Origin: an uncultured Gaiellaceae bacterium
GTDB lineage: Bacteria > Actinomycetota > Thermoleophilia > Gaiellales > Gaiellaceae
Assembly (NCBI GenBank): GCA_963791905.1
Contig: CAWBTX010000008.1
Span: forward strand, 6,359 to 70,358
Length of the DNA stretch: 64,000 bases
Direction: 5' to 3'
In this document: one piece after another, positions 38,143 through 49,616 of the stretch
How positions within the stretch are numbered: position 1 is the first letter of the stretch
How the letters are laid out: every line of letters starts with the position of its first letter
The notes under the pieces: model-generated
The model's database searches: none
The model's input: the letters and a program-made list of their open reading frames with translations, nothing else
Told to the model about the DNA's origin: nothing
Translations under genes and position numbers: made by a program

Positions 38143-38646
38143 TCAGAACGGGAGCACGTTGATCGTGAAGTCCCCGCTGACGAGCGTGTCGAACGGCCCG
38201 GCGATGCGCGACGGCGCGATGCCGCAAGGAACCGTCGGGGGCAGGCTGGGATTCGCGATGCCGAGGATGATCCTGTCGAGCGGCGGCTCGCCGTCCGTGC
38301 TCCGGTCGTCGAGCACGAAGCTCGCCGACAGCCCGAGCGACGACGGCACCCTCGACTGGGTGACCACACCGCTCGCCAGAGCCCTGGTGCCTTCGATCCG
38401 GAGGCAGCTCACGGAGACTTCGAATCCGGCGGACGGGACACGGTAGAACCCTTCCGCCCTGCCGTTGATCGAGCCGAAGACGGCGATCTCCACCGTGGTC
38501 GACGCAAAACCGGACGCGATCGTCCCCGTCCCGGCGACAACCGCGTGGTTCGGGGTCGGCGTACGGCCCGCAGTTGCCGCGGGCGGTGCGAGTAGCGCTG
38601 TCGCCGCGAGTGCGACGAATCCCATTCGTGTGAGTGAGCGAGTCAT
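38143..38646 (-). CDS. secreted hypothetical protein
   Basis: The signal peptide is MTRSLTRMGFVALAATALLAPPAATA. The mature part is beta-rich, and I recognise no family. Confidence 0.6.
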   Translation of the reverse strand: MTRSLTRMGFVALAATALLAPPAATAGRTPTPNHAVVAGTGTIASGFASTTVEIAVFGSINGRAEGFYRVPSAGFEVSVSCLRIEGTRALASGVVTQSRVPSSLGLSASFVLDDRSTDGEPPLDRIILGIANPSLPPTVPCGIAPSRIAGPFDTLVSGDFTINVLPF

Positions 38647-38725
38647 CGAGTTCCTTTCGTCGAGTGCGGCGACTGTCGCGTGCAGGCCTCACCGGGCTCT
38701 CACGCGCTGGTCATCCGATAGCCGA

Positions 38726-40588
<1,863 letters not shown>

Positions 40589-40617
40589 CGCCGGAGGGTA
40601 GCGAGCAGGAGCCGCGA

Positions 40618-41133
40618 CTACGAGAACGCGAGCACGAGCAGCGAGATCAGGCCGACGCCGATCAGGACGCCGCAGGCGACGACCGCCGCGAGGGTCAGCC
40701 AGAGGAACCCCGGGGCGAAGATCTTCAGGGGGAGGGCGATGCGAACGAGATCCCGCGTCGTCGAGACGAGGCTGCCCGTGCGCCAGAGCAGGAACGGCGT
40801 GTGCCGCAAGCGAGCGCGCCGCGCGTCGCCGGTCAGCCGCGCGAGCTCGTCGACCTGGTCGACGCCGCGCTGTGGGATGCGCAGCACGCGTTCCGGTAGC
40901 TCGAGCAGCGAGCGGATGCCGGCGGCGAAGACGAGGACGACCAACGGCGCGGCCAGGAGTGCCACGACGAGGAGGAGCTCGGGAGCCTCGAGGCCGTCGC
41001 GCGCGAACAGCAGTCCGAGCAGTCCCACCCCGACACCTGCGGCGAGCGCGAGGAGCAGGAACGCCCGCACCACCGCTCGGACAATCCGCCGAAACGCACC
41101 GAGCTGCACCTTGGCCGCGTCGAAGCTCGCCAT
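40618..41133 (-). CDS. hypothetical membrane protein
   Basis: The ATG at 41133 gives [18 protein letters not shown]. Three or four TM helices are present. It lies directly upstream of typA. Confidence 0.55.
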   Translation of the reverse strand: MASFDAAKVQLGAFRRIVRAVVRAFLLLALAAGVGVGLLGLLFARDGLEAPELLLVVALLAAPLVVLVFAAGIRSLLELPERVLRIPQRGVDQVDELARLTGDARRARLRHTPFLLWRTGSLVSTTRDLVRIALPLKIFAPGFLWLTLAAVVACGVLIGVGLISLLVLAFS

Positions 41134-41324
41134 CGCGCGAGCGTAGCGGCCGGTCTCTACCGCGAGGTGCTCTCGTCGCTCGCACGGCCGGCGACGAGCT
41201 TCTCCGGGCAGTACCAGTACGTGACGGCGTCGCGCGTCGCGCCCTAGGCCCGACGCGATGAAGATCGCGAGGACGAGAATCCGCAGCACCCATCAGTTAT
41301 CGACGCGGGCGGCCGAATCCTGGA

Positions 41325-41918
41325 TCACCGTTTCGCCAAGAGCGACCGCGCGGCCTCGCGCTCCCGGTCGGTGACATTGGGGTCTGCAAGCCGGTAGGCC
41401 ACGGCGTCCGGCAGCGCCTGCTCGATCTCCCGCCGGTCGAACTCGGCGAGGAAGGGTCGCACGAACGCTCGACCCCCGGCACCTCCGCTCGAGACCGCGA
41501 TCACCCAGGTCAGGGCCACGTCGAGGGCGGGATCGCCCGCACGCGCGTTCGTCCAGTCGATGACGACAGGCCCGGTCGGCGACAGCAGCACGTTGAGCGG
41601 GTGCAGGTCGAGGTGGAGGAGAGCCGCGTCCTCGTACGGGATCTCGTGCAGGTTCCGGTGCAGCGCGGCCAGCAGCCGTGCGTGCCGGCCGAGACGCCAG
41701 GGGCGCCGCCGCAGGTCCTGCATCATCGTCGGCCCTTCGACCCGCTCGAGCACGAGTGCGTCGTCACGCACCTCGTGCACGGCGGGCACCGGATACCCCG
41801 CATTGCGCGCGCGCTCCATGATCGCCGCCTCGCGGGCGGGAGCGCCGCCGCGGCGGAGGACGCGACCGTCTCCGAGATCGACGATCGTGGAGGCGCGGCC
41901 GGCTCCGAGCGGCCTCAC
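41325..41918 (-). CDS. APH/ChoK-fold phosphotransferase (small kinase)
   Basis: A GTGA overlap joins it to the thioesterase stop. The catalytic loop is HLDLHPLNVLL (HxDxxxxN), followed by VVIDWTNA (the DxG-equivalent). Confidence 0.7.
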   Translation of the reverse strand: MRPLGAGRASTIVDLGDGRVLRRGGAPAREAAIMERARNAGYPVPAVHEVRDDALVLERVEGPTMMQDLRRRPWRLGRHARLLAALHRNLHEIPYEDAALLHLDLHPLNVLLSPTGPVVIDWTNARAGDPALDVALTWVIAVSSGGAGGRAFVRPFLAEFDRREIEQALPDAVAYRLADPNVTDREREAARSLLAKR

Positions 41919-42382
41919 GGCGCGAGGCGCTGCCGCCACGCTTCTCCGGCGGCCCGGCCCTCGGGGGTCGCGAGGAAGTGCTCGAGCGGGACGTGCAAGA
42001 ACGTGCCGTCGGCCTCCGCCAGCACCTCCGAGCCGTCCCGCAACTCCGCGCTCACCTCGATCCTGCGTCCGCGCGAGGCACGCACGGAGGCGACGGCCTG
42101 GAGCTCGCGGTTGATCGGGACCGGCTTGCGGAAGCGAACGGAGATCCGCGCCGTCACTGTCGGGAACCGGTGCCAGGTGGCGAGCAGCCCGCACGCCTCG
42201 TCGAGCGCGGCGCCGACGACGCCGCCGTGGACGATGCCGGGGGCGCCCTGGTGCTCCTCGCGGAAGGTCACCGCCGACGCGTACTCCTCGATGCCGTCGC
42301 GTTCGGGCGTGACCATTCGGAGCCCGACCGGGTTGTCGCCGCAGCCGAAGCACGACGGATCGTGATGCGGCGGGATCTGCAG
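41915..42382 (-). CDS. PaaI/4HBT-type hotdog-fold thioesterase
   Basis: GIVHGGVVGAALDEACG is the hotdog core. The frame is open upstream of the ATG at 42316 and encodes the family-typical HHDPSCFGCGDNPVGL. The real start is therefore probably a non-canonical codon, for example the CTG at 42382. Confidence 0.7.
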   Translation of the reverse strand: MQIPPHHDPSCFGCGDNPVGLRMVTPERDGIEEYASAVTFREEHQGAPGIVHGGVVGAALDEACGLLATWHRFPTVTARISVRFRKPVPINRELQAVASVRASRGRRIEVSAELRDGSEVLAEADGTFLHVPLEHFLATPEGRAAGEAWRQRLAP

Positions 42383-42383
42383 C

Positions 42384-42417
42384 GCTCTAGGCCGCGAACG
42401 GCTCTAGGCCGCGAACG
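42384..42417. repeat. exact 17-bp tandem duplication (x2)
   Basis: GCTCTAGGCCGCGAACG occurs at 42384..42400 and again at 42401..42417. The second copy contains the TAG stop of the di-iron gene (42406..42404, minus strand). Confidence 0.9.
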
Positions 42418-43285
42418 GCATCTCGATGTCTGAGACGTCGAGGCCCATGCTCCTCGCCATGCGGATCCCGTCCCGGATGTCGTCCTGCAGGCGCCTGATG
42501 TCCGTCTCACGCATGACCGTTCCGATCCAGGCTCGCTCCTGCGGCCGCCAGAGCGCGTGCTGGACGAAGATCGGCAGCAGGCGGCTCGCCGCCTTCACGA
42601 GCCGGTCCTTCGTCTGCTTCGACGCGCCCTCGAGCAGGACGCGCTCGTAGGCGACACCGGCGCTGTGGTGGATGCCGTCGTCGATCGTGAGGCGGTTGCA
42701 GAGGTCCTCGAGCAGCGTGCCGCGCGACGAGCGCGCGATCAGCCGGAAGCGCGGGATGATCAGGCGCTCGAAGAACACCTGCATCTGGAACACCTTCTCC
42801 TCGAGCGTCTCGGCCTCGAGCGTCATCCTCGCCATCTCGTCGAGGTACGGGTCGCGCTCTGCGACGCCGCCGGCCTGCTCCGCGAGCTTGAGCCACGCCT
42901 CGACGTGCCGTGCCTCGTCCTGGACCATCGTCGAGTAGTAGAGCTTCGCCTCGTGGTGCGGCGCGAGGTTGAGCAGTTGGCCGGCCATCGACACGGCGAG
43001 CTCGTCTGCCTGGAGCTGCTGCGTGATCACCGAGCGCCACACGGCGCGGCGTCGCTCCTTTCGCTCCTTGGAAGCGCCCTCGCGCGTCTCCGGGATCGGC
43101 GGGATCTCGCCCCAGGGCATGTCGCGGACCTGCCACTCCTGCTTCTTGGCGAGCTCGTAGAACCGGAGCACGCCGCGGGGCTTGTCGTCCGTGGCTGCAT
43201 CCTCGGCCGCCTGCCGCTCCGCCTCGAGCAGCGGCTCGTAGGTCGCGTCGGCGTTGATCGGCTCCTCGGCCGGCTCCACGGACAT
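42404..43285 (-). CDS. ferritin-like di-iron protein (oxygenase-like, AurF/R2-like helical bundle)
   Basis: The ATG at 43285 gives MSVEPAEEP. There are two ExxH-type ligand motifs (MVQDEARHVEAW and LTIDDGIHHSAG) plus further conserved acidic residues. The precise family is not assignable by eye. Confidence 0.65.
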   Translation of the reverse strand: MSVEPAEEPINADATYEPLLEAERQAAEDAATDDKPRGVLRFYELAKKQEWQVRDMPWGEIPPIPETREGASKERKERRRAVWRSVITQQLQADELAVSMAGQLLNLAPHHEAKLYYSTMVQDEARHVEAWLKLAEQAGGVAERDPYLDEMARMTLEAETLEEKVFQMQVFFERLIIPRFRLIARSSRGTLLEDLCNRLTIDDGIHHSAGVAYERVLLEGASKQTKDRLVKAASRLLPIFVQHALWRPQERAWIGTVMRETDIRRLQDDIRDGIRMARSMGLDVSDIEMPFAA

Positions 43286-43305
43286 CGGCGCAAGCTTATA
43301 GCGCC

Positions 43306-44525
43306 CTACCGCATCCCTCCGCGTTCGTGATGGGCGCGGAAGAAGTTCTCGGAGCCCGCGGTCGCCATCGCCGACGAGGCGGAGATCTCGAGCGCGAGCG
43401 CGGCCGCGGCCACGATCTGGGCGAAGCGGTAGACCTTGCCGGAGCCGGCGCAGTCGAGCAGGGCCAGCCACGAGCGGGCGTAGGGGAGGGTGGTGCCGCC
43501 GCCGACGGTGCCGACCTCGAGGCCGGGGAAGCGGATGGTCGCGTGCAGTCCGCCTTCCTCGGTTCGGTGGGCAGTACCGTGCGCCATCGAGCTCGTTCCG
43601 ACCATGCCCAGGTCCTGCCCGGTGGCGGCGAAGAGCGCGGCGATCGCAGACGCCGGCGTGAAGGCGACGGATTGCATGCCGGAGGCCACGGCGCCGTGCG
43701 TCCCGGCCCACGAGAGCTCGAGCAGGTCGTCGACGGTCGTGCGGAGGACGCGGCGAACGGTTTCCTCGGACAGCGTCGCTTCCGCGATCACGGTCTTCCC
43801 GTGGCCCGACTGGAAGAACTCGAAGGAGGGCTTCTTGTCACCGCCCATGTTGGCCTCGAGGATCGCCCGCTCCGGCCGCACCGGCGCCTGCTGCATCACG
43901 TAGCCCATGTTCAGCGCGTACGAGTTGCGGGTCATCATGTTCGGCCCGCAGGCGTCGCCGGTCGTCCAGGCCCAGAGCACGTGGCACATCGGGCCGACGA
44001 CGTGCGTCTTGGCCTCGCGCAGCTTCGCCCGCTTCGAGAGCGAGGGGTCGTCGAGCCCAGCCAGGAACGCGCGCAGCTCGTCGAGCGAGCTCTCCAGCCA
44101 TCTTGCAAGCTGCGACGGCTTCCTCAGTGTTCTTGCAGACAAAGCATGATGCTCTGGTCATTCTGTCCTTGAGCACATATGTTCTGAACCCACCCGACGC
44201 AGCCGCAGCCTTCATCCCGCGCGACATCGACGCGGACAGGCCGCCCTCCGTGTGCGCGAGCGGTACGAGGATCTCCTCGCGCCGCGCGACTCGTCTCGCG
44301 CAGGCTCCCGGCCGGCTCCTCGAGCTCGTAGACGCCGAGCTCGAGGTCGAGCGGGCCTACGACCGAGACCGGGATGACGGCGGCGCCGGTGTGTGCCTCC
44401 TGCGCGCGCGTCCAGGCCTCGTCGTCGTGGGCCAGCGGGTCGTCGCCGACGACCGGCCGGATCGCGTCGCGCCGCGCGCGGATCGAGTCGGCGTCGTTCC
44501 TTCGAGGCCATCGGCGCAGGTTCAT
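43306..44525 (-). CDS. class-I-type HMG-CoA reductase homologue, frame broken twice (about 44278-44292 and 44105-44118)
   Basis: Three frame segments join into one protein. The segments read: (a) ..QEAHTGAAVIPVSVVGPLDLELG.., (b) ..EEILVPLAHTEGGLSASMSRGMKAAAASGGFRTYVLKDRMTRASCF.., and (c) ..TTGDACGPNMMT..GLEVGTVGGGTTLPYA..ENFFRAHHER. These correspond to ENVIG-PIPVGVAGPL, PMATTEG-L-AS-NRG, DAMGxNM, VGTVGGGT and the C-terminal catalytic His region of class I enzymes. Confidence 0.75.
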
Positions 44526-44536
44526 GGGGCGTGAGC

Positions 44537-45229
44537 TTACGGTTCGGCCCCGGCGCGGCGCCGCCGTTTCGCGGCGCGCAGATGATGCGGGAGCCGGTTG
44601 AACTCCTCCGGGCCGGCGAGTCCGACGACGGTGTGCCGGAGTGGAAAGTCGTCGGGCTCGACCGGCACGCGAAAGAGCGGCCGGACCGGGCTCGGGTTGA
44701 CCCACTCGTTTCCCCACTCGCGCCGGAAGCCGGACCGCGGGAGGACGTAGATCGCGCCGTCGGTCCAGGTCTCTTCCAGATCGGGGTCGCCGTGCACTGC
44801 GAAGTAGTAGAAGCGGCGCTGGCGCGGCGGGCGACCCAGGTGCGTGCACCCGCTCGCGACGCCCTCGGCCCGGTCGCGATCGACGGTGGCGTAGAAGAGC
44901 GGCCAGATGCCGTCGTCGCACGCGACGACGGCCGTCAGCTGCGTGTCGAGATCGCGTGCCACCTGCGGCTCGAGGGTCTCGAGAGCGCGATGGTTCGATC
45001 CGTGCAGCAGCAGGCGACGCTCGGCGACGAGATACGTGAGCAGCTCGTGAATCGGATACGGGCAGGTGCCGCGCTCGAGCGTCCCGCTCTCCTCGGCCGA
45101 GCCGGCGAGACGCTCGAAGGCCTCGCGACGGGCCGCATCGAGCTGGAGCGGCGGTTCCTCGACCGCACCCATGACGTCGACCCCGAGTCGCTCGCCGAGC
45201 CGCCAAACGGCGACTCCGACGGTACGCAT
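44537..45229 (-). CDS. hypothetical protein, first gene of the HMGR operon
   Basis: 230-aa ORF (alternative ATG at 45172) with good coding bias. It ends 11 nt before the HMGR start. I recognise no family. Confidence 0.6.
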   Translation of the reverse strand: MRTVGVAVWRLGERLGVDVMGAVEEPPLQLDAARREAFERLAGSAEESGTLERGTCPYPIHELLTYLVAERRLLLHGSNHRALETLEPQVARDLDTQLTAVVACDDGIWPLFYATVDRDRAEGVASGCTHLGRPPRQRRFYYFAVHGDPDLEETWTDGAIYVLPRSGFRREWGNEWVNPSPVRPLFRVPVEPDDFPLRHTVVGLAGPEEFNRLPHHLRAAKRRRRAGAEP

Positions 45230-45316
45230 GAGACCCAGCTTGATGCGGTCGCGGCGAGAACCCGTGCGCTCGATCGCCGCACGCTACCAGCCAGATCGCA
45301 GACTATCCTCGCGCGC

Positions 45317-46171
45317 ATGACGGCCACGATCATGGATGGGAAGGCGCTTGCCGCGCGGATCCGCGGGGAGGTGGCCGCCGAGGTCGCCGAGCTCGGCGGC
45401 GTCGGCCTCGCCACGGTGCTCGTCGGCGACGATCCCGCCTCCGACGTCTACATCCGCGCGAAGCACAGGGCGTCGCAGGAGGTCGGGATCGATGCGCGCG
45501 ACGTCCGCCTGCCTGAGAGCGCGAGTGAGGCCGAGGTGCTCGCGGCGGTCGCACAGCTGAACACGGACGACGCCGTCGACGGCCTTCTTGTCCAGCTGCC
45601 GCTGCCGAACGGCATCGACGAGGCCAGGGTCATCCGCGCCGTCGACCCGGTCAAGGACGTCGACGGCTTCCACCCGGTGAACGCCGGCCAGCTCTACCTC
45701 GGCGAGCCCGCGCACGTGGGCGGGACGCCGCTCGGGATCATCGCGCTGCTCGAGGAGTACGACGTGCCGCTGCAGGGGGCCGAGGCGGTCGTCCTCGGGC
45801 GGAGCGCGATCGTCGGCAAGCCGGTGGCGCACCTGCTGTTGCAGCGCCACGCCACCGTCACGATCTGCCACTCGCGCACGCGCGACCTCGCGGCCGAGTC
45901 CGCCCGGGCGGATGTGCTCGTCGCCGCTGTCGGGGTTCCCGGCATCGTTCAGCCCGAGTACGTGAAGGAAGGAGCGTGCGTGATCGACGTCGGCATCACC
46001 CGCACGGAGGAGGGTCTCCTCGGCGACGTGGCTCCGGAGGTCGCCGAGCGCGCGGGGCTGCTCACGCCCGTGCCGGGCGGTGTCGGACCGATGACGGTCG
46101 CGATGCTCCTTCGCAGCGCCGTCCGCGCCGCACGGTACCGCCGAGGGGAGCTTGCATTCCCGGGCACGTGA
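45317..46171 (+). CDS. folD: bifunctional methylenetetrahydrofolate dehydrogenase/cyclohydrolase
   Basis: IMDGKALAARIR..LATVLVGDDPASDVYIRAK..GLLVQLPLP..DVDGFHP..VVLGRSAIVGKP..PVPGGVGPMT. Confidence 0.92.
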   Translation: MTATIMDGKALAARIRGEVAAEVAELGGVGLATVLVGDDPASDVYIRAKHRASQEVGIDARDVRLPESASEAEVLAAVAQLNTDDAVDGLLVQLPLPNGIDEARVIRAVDPVKDVDGFHPVNAGQLYLGEPAHVGGTPLGIIALLEEYDVPLQGAEAVVLGRSAIVGKPVAHLLLQRHATVTICHSRTRDLAAESARADVLVAAVGVPGIVQPEYVKEGACVIDVGITRTEEGLLGDVAPEVAERAGLLTPVPGGVGPMTVAMLLRSAVRAARYRRGELAFPGT

Positions 46172-46249
46172 GGCTATGGTTCGCGCGCTCATTGGTCAGC
46201 GGCACCGGTGCTTTGCACCCTTGTCGCGTCATGCAAGGAGGAACATCAG

Positions 46250-46450
46250 TTGGCGCAGGGCACCGTGAAGTGGTTCTCGAACGAAAAGGGTTATGGCTTC
46301 ATCGAGCGTGAGGGTGGCGAGGACGTCTTCGTGCACTTCTCCGCGATCACGATGGAGGGCTACAAGTCGCTGACCGAGGGCCAGCGCGTGGAGTTCGAAG
46401 TCGTCCAGGGGCCCAAGGGCGCCCAGGCGGCGAACGTCTCCGCGGTCTAG
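46250..46450 (+). CDS. cspA: cold-shock protein (CspA family)
   Basis: AAGGAGG lies 8 nt before the TTG at 46250. [32 protein letters not shown] carries the RNP1 and RNP2 motifs. Confidence 0.9.
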   Translation: MAQGTVKWFSNEKGYGFIEREGGEDVFVHFSAITMEGYKSLTEGQRVEFEVVQGPKGAQAANVSAV

Positions 46451-46476
46451 CACCTTTCAAGTTTCGAGGTAGCGAT

Positions 46477-46507
46477 GGAGCCCCGGAGACGGGGCTCCTT
46501 CCTTTTG
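46477..46507 (+). terminator. rho-independent terminator of cspA
   Basis: GGAGCCCCG-gaga-CGGGGCTCC is followed by TTCCTTTTG. Confidence 0.75.
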
Positions 46508-46521
46508 CGAGGATGAACTGA

Positions 46522-46806
46522 ATGGCGATCACGCGCGAAGAGGTCTTACATGTGGCCAAGCTGGCACGGCTCGAGCTCTCCGAGGCCGAGGTCGATCGGC
46601 TGACCGAGGAGCTCGGCGCGATCCTCGAGGCGGTCGGCAAGGTCTCCGAGCTCGACCTCGAAGACGTGCCGCCGACCTCGCACCCGCTCGAGCTCGTGAA
46701 CGCGTGGCGCGACGACGAGCCGCGGCCGTCACTGACGCTCGACGAGGTCTTCGCCAACGCGCCTGATCGGGAGGGGAACCTCTTCCGCGTCCCGCCCGCG
46801 ACATGA
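46522..46806 (+). CDS. gatC: Asp/Glu-tRNA amidotransferase subunit C
   Basis: [23 protein letters not shown].. is a typical GatC. An ATGA overlap joins it to gatA. Confidence 0.9.
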   Translation: MAITREEVLHVAKLARLELSEAEVDRLTEELGAILEAVGKVSELDLEDVPPTSHPLELVNAWRDDEPRPSLTLDEVFANAPDREGNLFRVPPAT

Positions 46807-48215
46807 CGATCGACACGCTCCGACTCACGGCCGAGGAGGCCGGCGCCATGCTCGAGCGGAAGGACGTCTCCGCCGCCGAGCTCCACGCCGCCTACCTCGC
46901 GGCCGTCGCCGAGCGCGACGACGAGCTCCACTGCTACCTCCGCACGGTCGACGAGCCGGTCGGCGGCGGCGTGCCGATCGCGCTCAAGGACGTCATCTCG
47001 ACGAAGGGGATCGAGACGACTGCGGCCTCGAAGATCCTCGAGGGCTACGTCCCCGTCTTCGACTCGACGGTTGCGGCGCGCTGCAAGGAGGCCGGCCTGC
47101 CGCTCATCGGCAAGACGAACACGGACGAGTTCGCGATGGGCTCGTCGACGGAGAACTCCGCGTACGGGCCGTCGCGCAACCCCTGGGATCCCGAGCGCGT
47201 GCCGGGTGGCTCCGGCGGGGGGTCCGCAGCGGCCGTGTCCGGGGGTCTGGCCCCGTGGGCGCTCGGCTCGGACACGGGCGGGTCGATCAAGCAGCCGTCG
47301 GCGCTGTGCGGCAACGTCGGACTCCGTCCGACCTACGGCACGGTCAGCCGCTACGGCATCGTCGCGTTCGCCTCCAGCCTCGATCAGGTCGGGCCGGTCG
47401 CGAAGAACGTGCGCGACTGCGCGCTCCTCTACTCGATCATCGCCGGCAAGGACCCGTGTGACTCGACCACCGTCGAGCTGCCGGAGGAGGTGCAGCTGCC
47501 GGACGCCGAGGACCTGAAGGGCGTCCGCATCGGCGTGCCCAAGGAGATGAACGAGGCGGAGGGGATCGAGCCCGGCGTCGCGGAGGCAGTACGCGCTGCG
47601 ATCGACCTCGCCGCCGACCTCGGCGCCGAGGTGGCGGAGTGCGAGCTGCCGCGCTCGGTCGAGTACGGGCTCGCCTGCTACTACCTGATCGCACCGGCGG
47701 AGGCGTCCGCGAACCTTGCGCGCTACGACGGCGTCCGCTACGGGCCCCGCGTCGACGCCGACGGCTATTACGCGATGGTCGAGCGCACGCGCGACGCCGG
47801 CTTCGGCGACGAGCCGAAGCGTCGCATCATGCTCGGCACGTACGCGCTCTCCGCCGGCTACTACGACGCGTACTACGGCCAGGCCCAGAGGGTGCGGACG
47901 GTGATCGCGCGCGAGCACGCCGCCGCATTCGAGCGCTTCGACGTCCTGGTCTCGCCGACCTCGCCGACGGTCGCGTTCAGACTGGGGGAGAAGGCGGCCA
48001 ACCCGCTCGCCATGTACCTCTCCGACCTGCTCACGATCCCGTCGTGCATGGCTGGTCTGCCGGGGCTGAGCATCCCGTGCGGGCTTTCGGACGGTCTGCC
48101 GGTCGGCCTGCAGCTGATCGGGCCACAGTTCTCCGAGAACACGCTCTTTCGCACCGGCCACGCACTCGAGCGCGCGCTCGCCTTCGATCCCGTTCCGGAG
48201 CGGCTCCGTGGCTAG
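46803..48215 (+). CDS. gatA: Asp/Glu-tRNA amidotransferase subunit A
   Basis: [11 protein letters not shown] and [11 protein letters not shown] are amidase-signature motifs. 470 aa. Confidence 0.95.
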   Translation: MTIDTLRLTAEEAGAMLERKDVSAAELHAAYLAAVAERDDELHCYLRTVDEPVGGGVPIALKDVISTKGIETTAASKILEGYVPVFDSTVAARCKEAGLPLIGKTNTDEFAMGSSTENSAYGPSRNPWDPERVPGGSGGGSAAAVSGGLAPWALGSDTGGSIKQPSALCGNVGLRPTYGTVSRYGIVAFASSLDQVGPVAKNVRDCALLYSIIAGKDPCDSTTVELPEEVQLPDAEDLKGVRIGVPKEMNEAEGIEPGVAEAVRAAIDLAADLGAEVAECELPRSVEYGLACYYLIAPAEASANLARYDGVRYGPRVDADGYYAMVERTRDAGFGDEPKRRIMLGTYALSAGYYDAYYGQAQRVRTVIAREHAAAFERFDVLVSPTSPTVAFRLGEKAANPLAMYLSDLLTIPSCMAGLPGLSIPCGLSDGLPVGLQLIGPQFSENTLFRTGHALERALAFDPVPERLRG

Positions 48216-49616
48216 CTGGCAGCCCGTCGTCGGGCTGGAGATCCACGTCCAGCTGAAAACGCGGTCGAAGATGTTCTGCGGCTGCGCGAACGGCTTCGGC
48301 GGCGGCGAGAACACGCAGACCTGCCCGGTCTGCCTCGGCTTCCCCGGCGCGCTCCCCGTCGCGAACCGGACGGCGATCGAGTGGACGATCAAGCTCGGCC
48401 TCGCCCTCGACTGCGAGATCGCCGATCGCGCCGTGTTCTCGCGCAAGAGCTACGTCTACCCGGACTTGCCGAAGGGCTATCAGATCTCACAATATGATCT
48501 ACCGTCTTGCATCAACGGCAAGGTGGTAGTGCCAAGCGGCGACGGCGACATCGAGGTGGGCATCGTGCGGGCGCACCTCGAGGAGGACGCGGCGAAGACG
48601 ACGCACGTCGGCGGACGCACCGGCCGGATCGGCGGCGCCGCCTACTCCCTCGTCGACTTCAACCGTGGCGGCACGCCGCTCGTCGAGATCGTCACCGGCC
48701 CCGACATCCATTCCTCCGAGGACGCTCGCCGCTTCCTGCAGCTGCTCCGGCAGGCGATCGTCGAGCTCGGCATCTCGGACGCGGAGATGGAGAAGGGAAC
48801 GCTCCGTGTCGACGCGAACGTCTCGGTGCGGCCGAGCGGCTCGGACGAGCTGCGCACCCGCTGCGAGCTGAAGAACATGAACTCGTTCCGCTTCGTCGCC
48901 CAGGGAATCGACGCCGAGGTCAAACGGCAGATCGCGATCTACGAGGCCGGCGGGGAGGTCGAGCAGGAGACCTACGACTTCGACGCGTCCACCGGGACGC
49001 TCACGGCGAGCCGCTCGAAGGAGGAGGCCGACGACTACCGCTACTTCCCCGAGCCGGATCTCGTCCCGATCGAGCCGCCGGCGGAACTCGTGGAGCGCGT
49101 GCGCGCGGAGCTGCCGGAGGCTCCCGGAGCGCGCATCCGGCGCCTCGAGCGAGAGCTCGATCTCGACCGCGCCACCGTCCTCGTCACGGGCGGCCTCGAC
49201 ACGCTCTGGGAGGCGACCGTGGCGGCCGGCGCCGATCGCCTCGGCGCGGCGAACCTGATCGCCAACCGGCTCGCCGGCATCGACGGCGCCAGCCGTCGAC
49301 GCCGCCGAGCTCGCCAAGCTCGTCGAGGCCCGCGACCGCATCCCGCGGGCAGCGCTCGACGAGGCGATCGCCCAGGTGAGCCGAGCCGGGCTTCTCCGCC
49401 GCGCCGTACCTCGCGCAGGAGGCGGTCTCCGACACGGGCGAGCTCGAGCCCGTCGTCGAGCGCATCCTCGAGGCGAACGCCGGCCAGGTCGCCGCGTACC
49501 GCTCGGGCAAGGAAGGTCTGCTCGGCTTCTTCGTCGGTCAGGTCATGAAGGAGACCGGCGGCAAGGCCAACCCGCGGGTCGTGAGCGAGCTCGTGAGGGA
49601 GAAGCTGAAGGCGTGA
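48208..49616 (+). CDS. gatB: Asp/Glu-tRNA amidotransferase subunit B, frame broken twice (about 49291 and 49391)
   Basis: [39 protein letters not shown] are GatB motifs. The tail is recovered only by two successive +1 shifts. It reads ..[83 protein letters not shown], ending at the TGA at 49614..49616. Confidence 0.9.

Noticed and set aside
43306-44525. Interpreting the HMG-CoA reductase homologue as evidence of a mevalonate pathway.
   Set aside because: No HMG-CoA synthase, GHMP kinases, decarboxylase or isomerase lie in the 64-kb window, and the adjacent kinase has the APH fold. Pathway assignment needs the whole genome.
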